A stretch of DNA of 64,000 nucleotides, from the NCBI GenBank assembly GCA_018266355.1, contig JAFEAP010000029.1:14305-78304 (forward strand), written 5' to 3'. Below, piece by piece: positions 1 to 8,383 of the stretch (positions within the stretch are counted from its first letter, which is position 1; every line of letters starts with the position of its first letter). The notes under the pieces are model-generated. The model saw nothing but the letters and a program-made list of their open reading frames with translations, ran no database searches and had not been told where the DNA came from. This stretch comes from Bdellovibrionales bacterium (GTDB taxonomy: Bacteria; Bdellovibrionota; UBA1018). The position numbers were made by a program, and so were the translations under genes.

Positions 1-1086
1 TTCGGCGAAAACGGATCGATCAAGATCCAGGGCCGCCGGATCTCGGAATCGGAGACCCACGAGAAGTTCGCCTGGATCAGTCTGAAGAAGATGATCCAAG
101 TCTCCTCGAACGTCATCGCGGCGAAGCTCGCGATGAAACTCGGCCAGGAAAAGTACATGGCCGGGCTCCGGAATTTCGGATTCGGTCAGAAGACCGGCGT
201 CGGATTCCCCGGCGAACTCTCGGGATGGCTCCCGAGCACGAAGAAGCCCTGGCAGCCGCTCACCCTCGCGACGGTCGGCTTCGGCCAGGGGATCATGGTC
301 ACGCCGATGCAGATGGTGCGCAGTTACGCGAGTTTCGTGAACGGGGGCTACCTCGTCGAACCGCGGCTGCTTAAAAACCCGGCGCCCGGACAGGAACCGC
401 CCGCGCCCCGCCGCGTGATTTCTCCCGAAGTCGCCGCGAACGTGGTCGAAGCGATGAAGACGGTCGTCGAGCCGGAAGGCACCGGGAAGAAAGCCGCGCT
501 CGAAGGGTACGTCGTCGCCGGAAAGACGGGAACCGCCCAGACGGTCGATCCGCGCACGAAGCGCTATTCGACGTCGCGCTACATTTCCTCCTTCGTCGGA
601 TTCCCGGTCGGCGTCGAACCGAAGATCGTGATCCTCACCCTGATCGACGATCCGCGCGGAATCTATTACGCGTCGGAAACCGCGGCGCCGCTCTTCCACG
701 ACGTCCTGAACGCGGTCGTCACCCGTTTCGGGATCCCGATGAACATGCCGCTCGCTTCGCCGATCCTTCCGCTCGCGAAAGCGAAGCCGGCGACGACGAA
801 GTCCGCGCTGTTGAAGATCACTCAGTCCCATCCCGCCCCGCCTTCCGCCGAGACGATGCCCACGAAACTCGAACTCCAGGGAAGCGCGCCCGACGGGAAG
901 CTCGTGTTCAAGATGCCCGAGCTTCGCGGTATGACGATTCGCGAGGCGCTTTCGACCCTCCAGGGCTATCCGTTCCAAGTCGACGTCGCCGGCAGCGGGT
1001 GGTTGAAGAACCAATCGCCCGAACCGGGCGCGAAAGTGAGCGAAACCGATCGAATCCGGCTTCGCTTCGACTCGGAAACCGAATAA
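1..1086 (+). CDS. ftsI: Penicillin-binding protein 3 (FtsI) transpeptidase, C-terminal portion; 5' end lies outside the window; C-terminal PASTA-like domain
   Basis: The reading frame is open from nt 1 (FGENGSIKIQG...), in frame with the listed ORF at 91. Transpeptidase-domain motifs are present (KTGTAQ = KTG box). The C-terminal ~60 aa resemble a PASTA domain (LRGMTIREALSTLQG...VDVAGSGWLKNQSPEPGAKV). The gene sits at the head of murE-mraY-murD-ftsW-murG-murC-murB. Confidence 0.85.
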   Translation, partial: FGENGSIKIQGRRISESETHEKFAWISLKKMIQVSSNVIAAKLAMKLGQEKYMAGLRNFGFGQKTGVGFPGELSGWLPSTKKPWQPLTLATVGFGQGIMVTPMQMVRSYASFVNGGYLVEPRLLKNPAPGQEPPAPRRVISPEVAANVVEAMKTVVEPEGTGKKAALEGYVVAGKTGTAQTVDPRTKRYSTSRYISSFVGFPVGVEPKIVILTLIDDPRGIYYASETAAPLFHDVLNAVVTRFGIPMNMPLASPILPLAKAKPATTKSALLKITQSHPAPPSAETMPTKLELQGSAPDGKLVFKMPELRGMTIREALSTLQGYPFQVDVAGSGWLKNQSPEPGAKVSETDRIRLRFDSETE

Positions 1087-1098
1087 ACTTTCCGAGGA

Positions 1099-2565
1099 AT
1101 GATCCTCACCGAGCTGCTCGAAATCCTCCTCGAGGAATTTCCCGAACTGCCGAGACTCCACGGCGGCGAAGTCTCCGCCGTCACGGCATCCTCGGACGAC
1201 GTGCGCCCCGGTTCGGTTTTCGTCGCCATACCCGGGACGAAAATCGACGGCCACTCCTTCCTCGCGAAAGCGAAAGCGGCCGGCGCTCGACTGATGATCG
1301 GCGAGCGGCCGGGCTCCGAATTCGGACTCTCGGACGAGGAATACCTGCGCGTACCGGACTCCCGCCTCGCGCTAGGACTTCTCGCGTCGCAGTTCGAGCG
1401 GAACCCTTCGCGCGAGATGATGGTGATCGGCGTGACCGGCACGAGCGGAAAGACGACGACGAGTTTCCTCGTCGAAGCCATCCTGCGCGCGGCCGGGATG
1501 AAAGTCGGGCTTCTCGGTACGGTTTCGTTCCGCATCGACGGACGTGAACTGCCCTCGACCCACACCACGCCCGGACCGGTCGAGCTTCACCAGCTCCTTC
1601 GCGAGATGAGGAAGGCGGGTTGCTCGGCGGTGGTGATGGAGATCAGTTCGCACGCGCTCAAGCAACACCGGGCGGCCGGACTCGCGGTCGACGCCGCGGT
1701 TTTCACGAACCTCACGCCCGAACATCTCGATTATCATCCCGACCTCGAAGACTACTACTCCGCGAAGCGGATGCTCTTCCGGGAACAGTCCGTCCGATCG
1801 CGGCGCTGGGGGAAAGTCCCCGCGCTGCTCGTGCACGCGGGAAATCCGGAGGGCGTACGCCTCTTGAAGGAAACCCCGCCCGCGACGCCGTTCGAAGTTC
1901 CCGCCGACGCGGTCCTCGACGCCGACGGCGTACGCGGAACGTTTTCCGGGATCGCGATCGATTCGCCTCTCCTCGGCCGATTCAACGCCGAGAACATCGC
2001 CGCCGCGGTCGCGGCGACGAAAGCGCTCGGCATTCCGGAAGCGGCGATCCAAGTCGGGATCCGCGGACTCGCGCGCGTTCCCGGACGCCTCGATCGCGTG
2101 CTCGATCCGAAGGGCGGACGCGTGGTGCTCGTCGATTACGCGCACAAACCCGACGCGCTCGAAAAAGTCCTCGAGGTTCTCCGTCCGATGCGGAAATCCG
2201 GCGGAAAACTGATCACGGTCGTCGGCTGCGGGGGAGACCGGGATCGGACGAAACGCCCGGTCATGGGAGAAATCGCCTGCCGACTTTCCGATCAAGTGAT
2301 CTTCACGTCGGACAACCCGCGCACCGAGGACCCGTCGACGATCCTCCGCGAAATCGAGGCGGGCTGCGCGGCGGCGACGAATCGCGAAAGCGAAATCGAC
2401 CGGAAGAAGGCGATTTATCGCGCGATCAAACTCGCGAAGTCCGGCGACATCGTCCTCATCGCGGGCAAGGGACACGAGGATTATCAGATCCTCGGCACGG
2501 AGAAGATCCATTTCGACGACCGCGAGGTGGCCGCGGCCGCGCTCGTCGATCGGAAGGGAAAATAA
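1099..2565 (+). CDS. murE: UDP-N-acetylmuramoyl-L-alanyl-D-glutamate--2,6-diaminopimelate ligase
   Basis: Mur ligase P-loop GVTGTSGKTTT, the DNPRTEDP motif characteristic of MurE, ~488 aa, and position directly after ftsI. Confidence 0.9.
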   Translation: MILTELLEILLEEFPELPRLHGGEVSAVTASSDDVRPGSVFVAIPGTKIDGHSFLAKAKAAGARLMIGERPGSEFGLSDEEYLRVPDSRLALGLLASQFERNPSREMMVIGVTGTSGKTTTSFLVEAILRAAGMKVGLLGTVSFRIDGRELPSTHTTPGPVELHQLLREMRKAGCSAVVMEISSHALKQHRAAGLAVDAAVFTNLTPEHLDYHPDLEDYYSAKRMLFREQSVRSRRWGKVPALLVHAGNPEGVRLLKETPPATPFEVPADAVLDADGVRGTFSGIAIDSPLLGRFNAENIAAAVAATKALGIPEAAIQVGIRGLARVPGRLDRVLDPKGGRVVLVDYAHKPDALEKVLEVLRPMRKSGGKLITVVGCGGDRDRTKRPVMGEIACRLSDQVIFTSDNPRTEDPSTILREIEAGCAAATNRESEIDRKKAIYRAIKLAKSGDIVLIAGKGHEDYQILGTEKIHFDDREVAAAALVDRKGK

Positions 2566-2568
2566 CCG

Positions 2569-3468
2569 ATGGGCGCGCGGATCCTCGTCGTTTTGGCGAT
2601 CCTCGCCGCCGCCTGGTTCTATCACCGGAATTCGGTCGAGCTCGAACGCGTCCACGCGCTCGAAGCCGCCCGGCGGGCGGACGCCGAAAAATCGAAGGAA
2701 CTCGAATCGGAAGTAAAGCGGATGGCGGGAGAAAACGCCGACCGCGCGGCGAAAGACGAAGCCCGGCGAGCGGAGCTCGGACGGAGAGCGTCCGAACTCG
2801 AAGAGAACCTCCGGGTCTTGAACGATCGGATCCGCGCTTACCGGAACGCCGGCATCGACCGCGCCGCGAACGCTCGACTCGCCGAAAAGATCTACGACGG
2901 AAAATCGCGCTTGAACTCGATCGACGGCGAGATCCGCGACGCCCGCGCCCAGGAAAAGGTCTTGCGCGAAAACGCGCAGAACGCTCTCGCGGCCGAGAAG
3001 AGTCGGTGGCGAGCCGACCATGACGAGCGAGCCGCTCGGATCGCTGCCCTGAACACGGACATCGCGGATGCGAACGCCCGAATCGCCGAATTGAAGAAGC
3101 GGCGTTTCGATTTCGACGCGAAACGGGAAATCTCGGATCTCCACTTGAAAGTCGCCGCGGAGAAGAAAGACCTCGCCGCGCTTCGTGAGTCCCAACGCGC
3201 CGGCGATCGCGAGTGGTCGGAGCGGCAGGCGGCCTTGAAGGCTTCCGAGAACCAGACGAAGGCGATCACGAACGCCGCCGTCTCGGGCCTCGCCGATCAG
3301 AAAGCCGCCGGCCAAGCCGAACTCTCCGCCCGCACGAAGGAGCTCGGCGAAGTCAAAGCCGACGAACACGAGGCGGAGAAGTCGCTCGCGGACCTCGAGG
3401 CCGAAAAAAAACGAACCCAAGACGAACTCGATCGAACCCGCACCGAGCTCTCGGCGGTCGGAAAATAG
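2569..3468 (+). CDS. Membrane-anchored coiled-coil protein (N-terminal TM helix plus ~270 aa of Ala/Glu/Arg/Lys-rich coiled coil) in the position usually occupied by murF
   Basis: The N-terminus ILVVLAILAAAWFY is a hydrophobic helix. The rest is heptad-like low-complexity sequence (ELE..L.., AKDEARRAELGRRASELEENLRVLNDRIRAY...). The gene starts 4 nt after the murE stop. Codon usage (GC3-rich) is like the neighbouring genes. Confidence 0.6.
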   Translation: MGARILVVLAILAAAWFYHRNSVELERVHALEAARRADAEKSKELESEVKRMAGENADRAAKDEARRAELGRRASELEENLRVLNDRIRAYRNAGIDRAANARLAEKIYDGKSRLNSIDGEIRDARAQEKVLRENAQNALAAEKSRWRADHDERAARIAALNTDIADANARIAELKKRRFDFDAKREISDLHLKVAAEKKDLAALRESQRAGDREWSERQAALKASENQTKAITNAAVSGLADQKAAGQAELSARTKELGEVKADEHEAEKSLADLEAEKKRTQDELDRTRTELSAVGK

Positions 3469-3516
3469 GCGGCGGAACGGTCTAAATTTCGCGGAGCGTC
3501 GTTTCCGGTTCTGAAA

Positions 3517-3545
3517 TTGTATAACTATTTGATTTTAAATATGAT
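3517..3545 (+). promoter_or_regulatory. Candidate sigma70-type promoter for mraY and downstream genes, inside a ~130-bp AT-rich island
   Basis: TTGTAT (3517-3522), a 17-nt spacer, then TATGAT (3540-3545). It lies ~50 nt upstream of the mraY ATG at 3596. Region 3470-3595 is the only strongly AT-rich stretch in the first 12 kb. Confidence 0.3.
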
Positions 3546-3595
3546 TTATAAAATTCCTTCCCCCGTTTCCTCGAAATGAGGTAGTCCAGGGAAGA

Positions 3596-4672
3596 ATGCT
3601 CTATCTTCTGCTCTATCCGCTGCGGACCGAGTTCTCTTTTCTGAACGTTTTCAAGTACATCACGTTCCGCACCTTCGGCGCCGCCATGACGAGCGTCCTC
3701 TTCTGTATGCTGCTCGGGCCGGCGTTCATCTCCTATATGCAGAAGAAGCAGATGAAGCAGGTCGTCCGCGACGACGGACCGCAGTCGCACCTCTCGAAAA
3801 AGGGGACGCCGACGATGGGCGGCGCGCTCATCCTCGCGGGCGTCGCGATCCCGACCTTGCTCTGGGCCGATCTCGAGAACCAGAACGTGTGGATCGCGCT
3901 TGGACTCACGCTCGCTTACGGTTTCATCGGGTTCATCGACGACTACAAGAAAGTGATCCGGAAGAACCCGAAGGGCCTCGCCGGTCGTTATAAACTCCTC
4001 GGCCAGGTTTTCTTCGGGGCGATCGCCGCGTACTTCATCTTCAAGGACGGCGCGGTGACGAACGAACTTCGTTTTCCGTTCCTGAAGGACTTCGCGATCG
4101 ACCTCGGCGTCTTCTTCATCCCGTTCGCGATCATCGTCATCGTCGGCGCCTCGAACGCGGTGAACCTCACCGACGGCCTCGACGGCCTCGCCGTCGGCCC
4201 GACGATCACGACCTCGGTGACCTTCCTCATCCTCGCGTACTGCGCCGGTCACGCGGGCATCGCGAACTACCTCTCGATCCCGCACGTCCCTGGCGCGGGG
4301 GAACTCGCGATCTTCCTCTCTACGGTGGCCGCGAGCTGCTTAGGCTTCCTTTGGTACAATACCTATCCCGCGCAAGTTTTCATGGGCGACGTCGGAGCGC
4401 TCGCGCTCGGCGGGGCTCTCGGCGTCGTCGCCGTCATCACGAAGAACGAGATCCTCCTCGCGCTCTGCGGACTGATCTTCGTCGTCGAGGCGCTCTCCGT
4501 GATGATCCAAGTCGTCAGCTTCAAGACGACCGGCAAGCGCGTCTTCAAGATGGCGCCCATCCACCACCATTTCGAGCTCAAAGGCTGGCCCGAACCGAAA
4601 GTCGTCGTCCGGTTCTGGATCCTCTCGATCCTGCTCGCCATCGCCACGCTCTCCACGCTTAAGCTCCGTTAA
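3596..4672 (+). CDS. mraY: Phospho-N-acetylmuramoyl-pentapeptide transferase
   Basis: Polytopic membrane protein with MraY signature regions (KKGTPTMGG, NAVNLTDGLDGLA, HHHFE...GW.E); 358 aa. Confidence 0.92.
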   Translation: MLYLLLYPLRTEFSFLNVFKYITFRTFGAAMTSVLFCMLLGPAFISYMQKKQMKQVVRDDGPQSHLSKKGTPTMGGALILAGVAIPTLLWADLENQNVWIALGLTLAYGFIGFIDDYKKVIRKNPKGLAGRYKLLGQVFFGAIAAYFIFKDGAVTNELRFPFLKDFAIDLGVFFIPFAIIVIVGASNAVNLTDGLDGLAVGPTITTSVTFLILAYCAGHAGIANYLSIPHVPGAGELAIFLSTVAASCLGFLWYNTYPAQVFMGDVGALALGGALGVVAVITKNEILLALCGLIFVVEALSVMIQVVSFKTTGKRVFKMAPIHHHFELKGWPEPKVVVRFWILSILLAIATLSTLKLR

Positions 4673-4687
4673 AAGAAGGAAACGATC

Positions 4688-6070
4688 ATGAGTAAGTACA
4701 AAGGTAAAAAGGTCCTCGTCGTCGGCTTCGGTGTTTCGGGCGTTTCCGTCGCGAAGTACATGGCGAAACAAGGCGCGAAAGTCACCGTCACCGACACGAA
4801 GCAGAAATCGGAACTCACCGAATCGGTGAACGCGTGCGCGGACCTGAAGATCGAGTACGAACTCGGCAAGCACAACGACGCCTCCTTCCGCTCGGCCGAA
4901 CTCGTCGTGATGAGCCCGGGCGTCCCGCTGAACATCAAGCCGCTCGACGGCACTCGCGAGATGAACATCCCGATCACGAACGAGATCGATCTCGCGGCCG
5001 CCGCGCTCAAGGAACCGCTCATCGCCGTCACCGGCACGAACGGAAAGACCACGACGACCACCCTCATCGGCGAAATGTTCAAGGCCGATAACCGCCCGTC
5101 GTACGTCGGCGGCAACATCGGCAAACCTCTCCTCGACTACCTCACCGAAGGAACCCGCGCCGACGTCGTCGTCGCCGAGCTCTCTTCGTTCCAACTCGAA
5201 CTCACCCAAAAGGTCGTCCCGGCGGTCGCCGTCATCACGAACGTCGAGCCGGACCACCTCGACCGTTATCCCTCTTACGAAGCCTACATCGCGGCGAAGA
5301 AGCGCCTCCTCCAAGCGTGCGATAAGAACTCCTACGTCGTGCTGAACTACGACAACCCGGTCACCCAAGCGTTCGGCCACGAGTCGGTCGGTCGGCTGAT
5401 GTGGATCACGAAGAAGAATCCGATGACGATCGGTGGCGAATTCGCCGAGAACTTCAACGGCTGCTACTACGTCGCCGCCGAGAAGAAGATCTATGCGAAG
5501 ATCTTCGGCAAGGAAGAGGTCTACGACGTCTCGAAGATCCGCGTGTACGGCGAGCACAACAAGGAAAACTTCATGGCCGCGATCTGCGCGGCGCGCGCGA
5601 TGGGCGTCAATCCTCAGGCGATCCAAAAGACGATCGACGAGTTCCGGGGCATCCCGCATCGCCTCGAGTTCGTCCGCAAGAAGGACGGTGTGTTCTTCTT
5701 CAACGATTCGAAGGCGACGAACCCCCAGAGCCAGCTCCGGGCGATCGCTTCCTTCCCGGCGAACCCGATCATCCTGATCGCCGGGGGCAAGGACAAGAAC
5801 TTCGACTTCACGCCGCTCGCCGAAGTCGTCCGCAGCCGCTGCAAGCTCCTCATCCTCATGGGCGAAGCGAAGGAAAAGATGAACCGGGCCATCGGGGATT
5901 TCGCCGAGACCTATCTCGTCGGAACCTTCGAAGAGGCCGTGCTCCTCGCCTTCCAAAAGTCCCGGAACGGAGATATCATTCTCTTAAGTCCGGGTTGTTC
6001 TTCCTTCGACATGTTCCGTAACTACGAGGAGCGGGGCGATTACTTCAAAAAACTGGTCCATCAGCTCTGA
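4688..6070 (+). CDS. murD: UDP-N-acetylmuramoylalanine--D-glutamate ligase
   Basis: N-terminal Rossmann GFGVSG, Mur ligase P-loop GTNGKTTTT, 460 aa, dcw context. Confidence 0.92.
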   Translation: MSKYKGKKVLVVGFGVSGVSVAKYMAKQGAKVTVTDTKQKSELTESVNACADLKIEYELGKHNDASFRSAELVVMSPGVPLNIKPLDGTREMNIPITNEIDLAAAALKEPLIAVTGTNGKTTTTTLIGEMFKADNRPSYVGGNIGKPLLDYLTEGTRADVVVAELSSFQLELTQKVVPAVAVITNVEPDHLDRYPSYEAYIAAKKRLLQACDKNSYVVLNYDNPVTQAFGHESVGRLMWITKKNPMTIGGEFAENFNGCYYVAAEKKIYAKIFGKEEVYDVSKIRVYGEHNKENFMAAICAARAMGVNPQAIQKTIDEFRGIPHRLEFVRKKDGVFFFNDSKATNPQSQLRAIASFPANPIILIAGGKDKNFDFTPLAEVVRSRCKLLILMGEAKEKMNRAIGDFAETYLVGTFEEAVLLAFQKSRNGDIILLSPGCSSFDMFRNYEERGDYFKKLVHQL

Positions 6071-6215
6071 TTCGGCCGGCGGTAAGGGCGGCGGCGCGGG
6101 CGAAAAGCTCAGCGACCGTCTTCTCGACGCGCTCTCGGACACGGGCGACCTGACCGACGACCTCCGCACCGAGCTTAAGAGCGTCGACATCGTCCTCCTC
6201 GGCGTCGTTTGCGCC

Positions 6216-7283
6216 ATGGTGATCTTCGGACTCATCATGGTCTACAGCTCCTCGTTCATCTACGCCCAAGAACGCACCGGCGACGGCTTCGCCTTCATCA
6301 AGAAGCAGCTGATTTTCGCCACCCTCGGTTTCGTCGCCATGTTCGTCTCCTCCCGGATTCCTTACCGGAAGTGGGCCGACCATGCCTACCTCGTCGGCGG
6401 CGCCTCGATCGCGCTTCTCGCCGTCGTCCTTGTTCCCGGCGTCGGTTCGCGCGTGCTCGGAGCCCAGCGCTGGCTCCGGCTCGGACCCGTCTCGATCCAA
6501 CCCGCCGAGATCGCGAAATTCTCGATGATCCTCTTCGTGGCCCACCAGCTCGAGAAGAAGAGCGCGGGCGTCCGGCGATTCGTTCCGGGCGTGCTCGCGA
6601 ACTTCATCTTGCCGATGCCGGCGATGCTCCTCCTTCTCTTGCAGCCGGATTTCGGCTCGACCGTGATGATCACCGGCGTGATCTTCGTCCTGATGTTCCT
6701 CGCCGGAGTTCCGAAGCGCTGGCTCGGCGGGTTCGTCGGCCTAGGCGGATTCGCGGCATCGGCATTGATTCTCGGATCGCCCTATCGCCGCGCGCGCCTG
6801 ATGACCTTTCTCGATCCGTGGCAGGATCCCCTCGGGAAAGGGTTCCAGGTCCTTCAGTCCATGCTCGGCGTCCACAACGGCTCGCTCTTCGGCGTCGGAC
6901 TCGGAAACGGCAAGGAAAAGCTCTTCTACCTTCCGGAAGCGCATAACGATTTCATCTTCGCCGTGATCGGCGAAGAGCTCGGATTCCTCGGCATCATCGG
7001 CGTAATCCTCGCATACTGCTTCTTCATCTACCGCGGGCTCAAGATCGCTTCCGACTGCTGGGAAAACCGCCACGACCGTTTCGGCGCGCTCGCCGCGACC
7101 GGCATCACGCTCGCGCTCGGACTCCAGGGCTTCGTGAACATGGGCGTCGTCCTCGGACTCCTGCCGACGAAGGGGCTCACGCTCCCGTTCATCAGCTACG
7201 GGGGATCCGCGCTCGTCGTCGACCTCTTCGCGATCGGAATCCTCCTGAACATCTCCAAGGGAAGTCCGGGATCGCGCGCATGA
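6216..7283 (+). CDS. ftsW: Peptidoglycan glycosyltransferase / lipid II flippase FtsW (SEDS family)
   Basis: Ten-TM SEDS-type sequence with conserved motifs (PAE.AK, GS.LGAQRWL-like region, RTGDGFAF). The frame is open upstream to ~6069 with no ATG/GTG/TTG, so the start is set at the first ATG; the exact start is uncertain. Confidence 0.85.
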   Translation: MVIFGLIMVYSSSFIYAQERTGDGFAFIKKQLIFATLGFVAMFVSSRIPYRKWADHAYLVGGASIALLAVVLVPGVGSRVLGAQRWLRLGPVSIQPAEIAKFSMILFVAHQLEKKSAGVRRFVPGVLANFILPMPAMLLLLLQPDFGSTVMITGVIFVLMFLAGVPKRWLGGFVGLGGFAASALILGSPYRRARLMTFLDPWQDPLGKGFQVLQSMLGVHNGSLFGVGLGNGKEKLFYLPEAHNDFIFAVIGEELGFLGIIGVILAYCFFIYRGLKIASDCWENRHDRFGALAATGITLALGLQGFVNMGVVLGLLPTKGLTLPFISYGGSALVVDLFAIGILLNISKGSPGSRA

Positions 7284-8383
7284 AAACGCCCGGCCTCGTC
7301 GTTACCGGTGGCGGCACGGGCGGCCACATCTTCGCCGGGGTCGCGATCGCCGACGAGTGGAAGAAAAAGTATCCGGGATCGCGCATCGTCTTCGTCGGAG
7401 CGGCCGGCGGAATCGAGGAGCGGCTCGTCCCGAAGGCGGGATATCCGCTCGAACTCGTGCACCTCGGATCGCTCAAGGGCGTCTCGTTCGCGAAGCGGGC
7501 GAAGACCCTCGTCCAAATCCCGCTCGCGCTCCTTTCGGCGGCGAAGATCCTGATGCGCGAAAAACCCGACGCGGTCGTCGGCGTCGGCGGGTACGCCTCC
7601 GGCCCGGTCGTTCTCGTCGCGCGGATCCTCGGCCTTTTCGGTCTCGCCGGTCACGCGCGAACGGCGATCCTCGAACAGAACGCGGTCCCTGGTTTCACGA
7701 ACCGGATCCTCGCGCGATTTTCCCACGCGGTCTTCTGCGCGTTTCCCGGGATCGAGGACCGTTTCCAAAAGGCGAAGACCGCGATCACGGGAAATCCCGT
7801 ACGGAACACCATGGTGCCTTACGCTTCCGCGAAGCGCGACCCGTTCACGGTTTTCATCTTCGGCGGCAGCCAGGGTGCCGTAGGAATCAACTCCCTCATC
7901 CTCGACTCGTTCGAGTACCTTCGGGACCTGCTTCCGAAGCTCCGGTTCATCCACCAGACGGGCGAGCGCGATTACGAGCGCGTATCGGCGGGATACCGGA
8001 AGGCCGGCATCGAAGCCCGCGTCGAGAAGTTCATCTACGACATGCCCGATTGCTACCGCGAGGCTTCCCTTGTCGTGTGTCGCGCCGGATCTTCGACGCT
8101 CGCCGAGCTCGCCGCCGTCCACCGCGCGGCGATCCTCGTGCCGTTTCCGTTCGCCTCGGACAATCACCAGGAAAAGAACGCACGCCTCTTCGTCGATCGC
8201 GGCGCGGCCGAGCTGATGATCCAAGGGAAATCGAGCGGGAAGGAACTCGCCGCGAAGATCCGCGATTACTTCTCCGATCCCGCGAAAGTCTCGGCCCTCG
8301 AGACCGGCATCGCGAAGTTCCACTCCGAGAACGCGACCGGAAAGATCGTTTCTCTCCTTCACCCGGAAACGGCCTCGTCATGA
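7280..8383 (+). CDS. murG: UDP-N-acetylglucosamine--N-acetylmuramyl-(pentapeptide) pyrophosphoryl-undecaprenol N-acetylglucosamine transferase
   Basis: N-terminal GGTGGHIFAG motif, GT28 fold length (367 aa); overlaps the ftsW stop (ATGA). Confidence 0.9.
   Translation: MKTPGLVVTGGGTGGHIFAGVAIADEWKKKYPGSRIVFVGAAGGIEERLVPKAGYPLELVHLGSLKGVSFAKRAKTLVQIPLALLSAAKILMREKPDAVVGVGGYASGPVVLVARILGLFGLAGHARTAILEQNAVPGFTNRILARFSHAVFCAFPGIEDRFQKAKTAITGNPVRNTMVPYASAKRDPFTVFIFGGSQGAVGINSLILDSFEYLRDLLPKLRFIHQTGERDYERVSAGYRKAGIEARVEKFIYDMPDCYREASLVVCRAGSSTLAELAAVHRAAILVPFPFASDNHQEKNARLFVDRGAAELMIQGKSSGKELAAKIRDYFSDPAKVSALETGIAKFHSENATGKIVSLLHPETASS

Noticed and set aside
1372-3420. 682-aa minus-strand ORF antisense to murE and the coiled-coil gene
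   Set aside because: It lies entirely antisense to well-supported genes and is Arg/Gly/Asp-rich low complexity, typical of spurious open frames in high-GC DNA. The similar 1620-3023 plus-frame Arg-rich ORF was rejected for the same reason.
4340-5956. 538-aa minus-strand ORF antisense to murD (also 3482-4285 antisense to mraY)
   Set aside because: Antisense to genes with strong motif support; acidic/Arg-rich low complexity.
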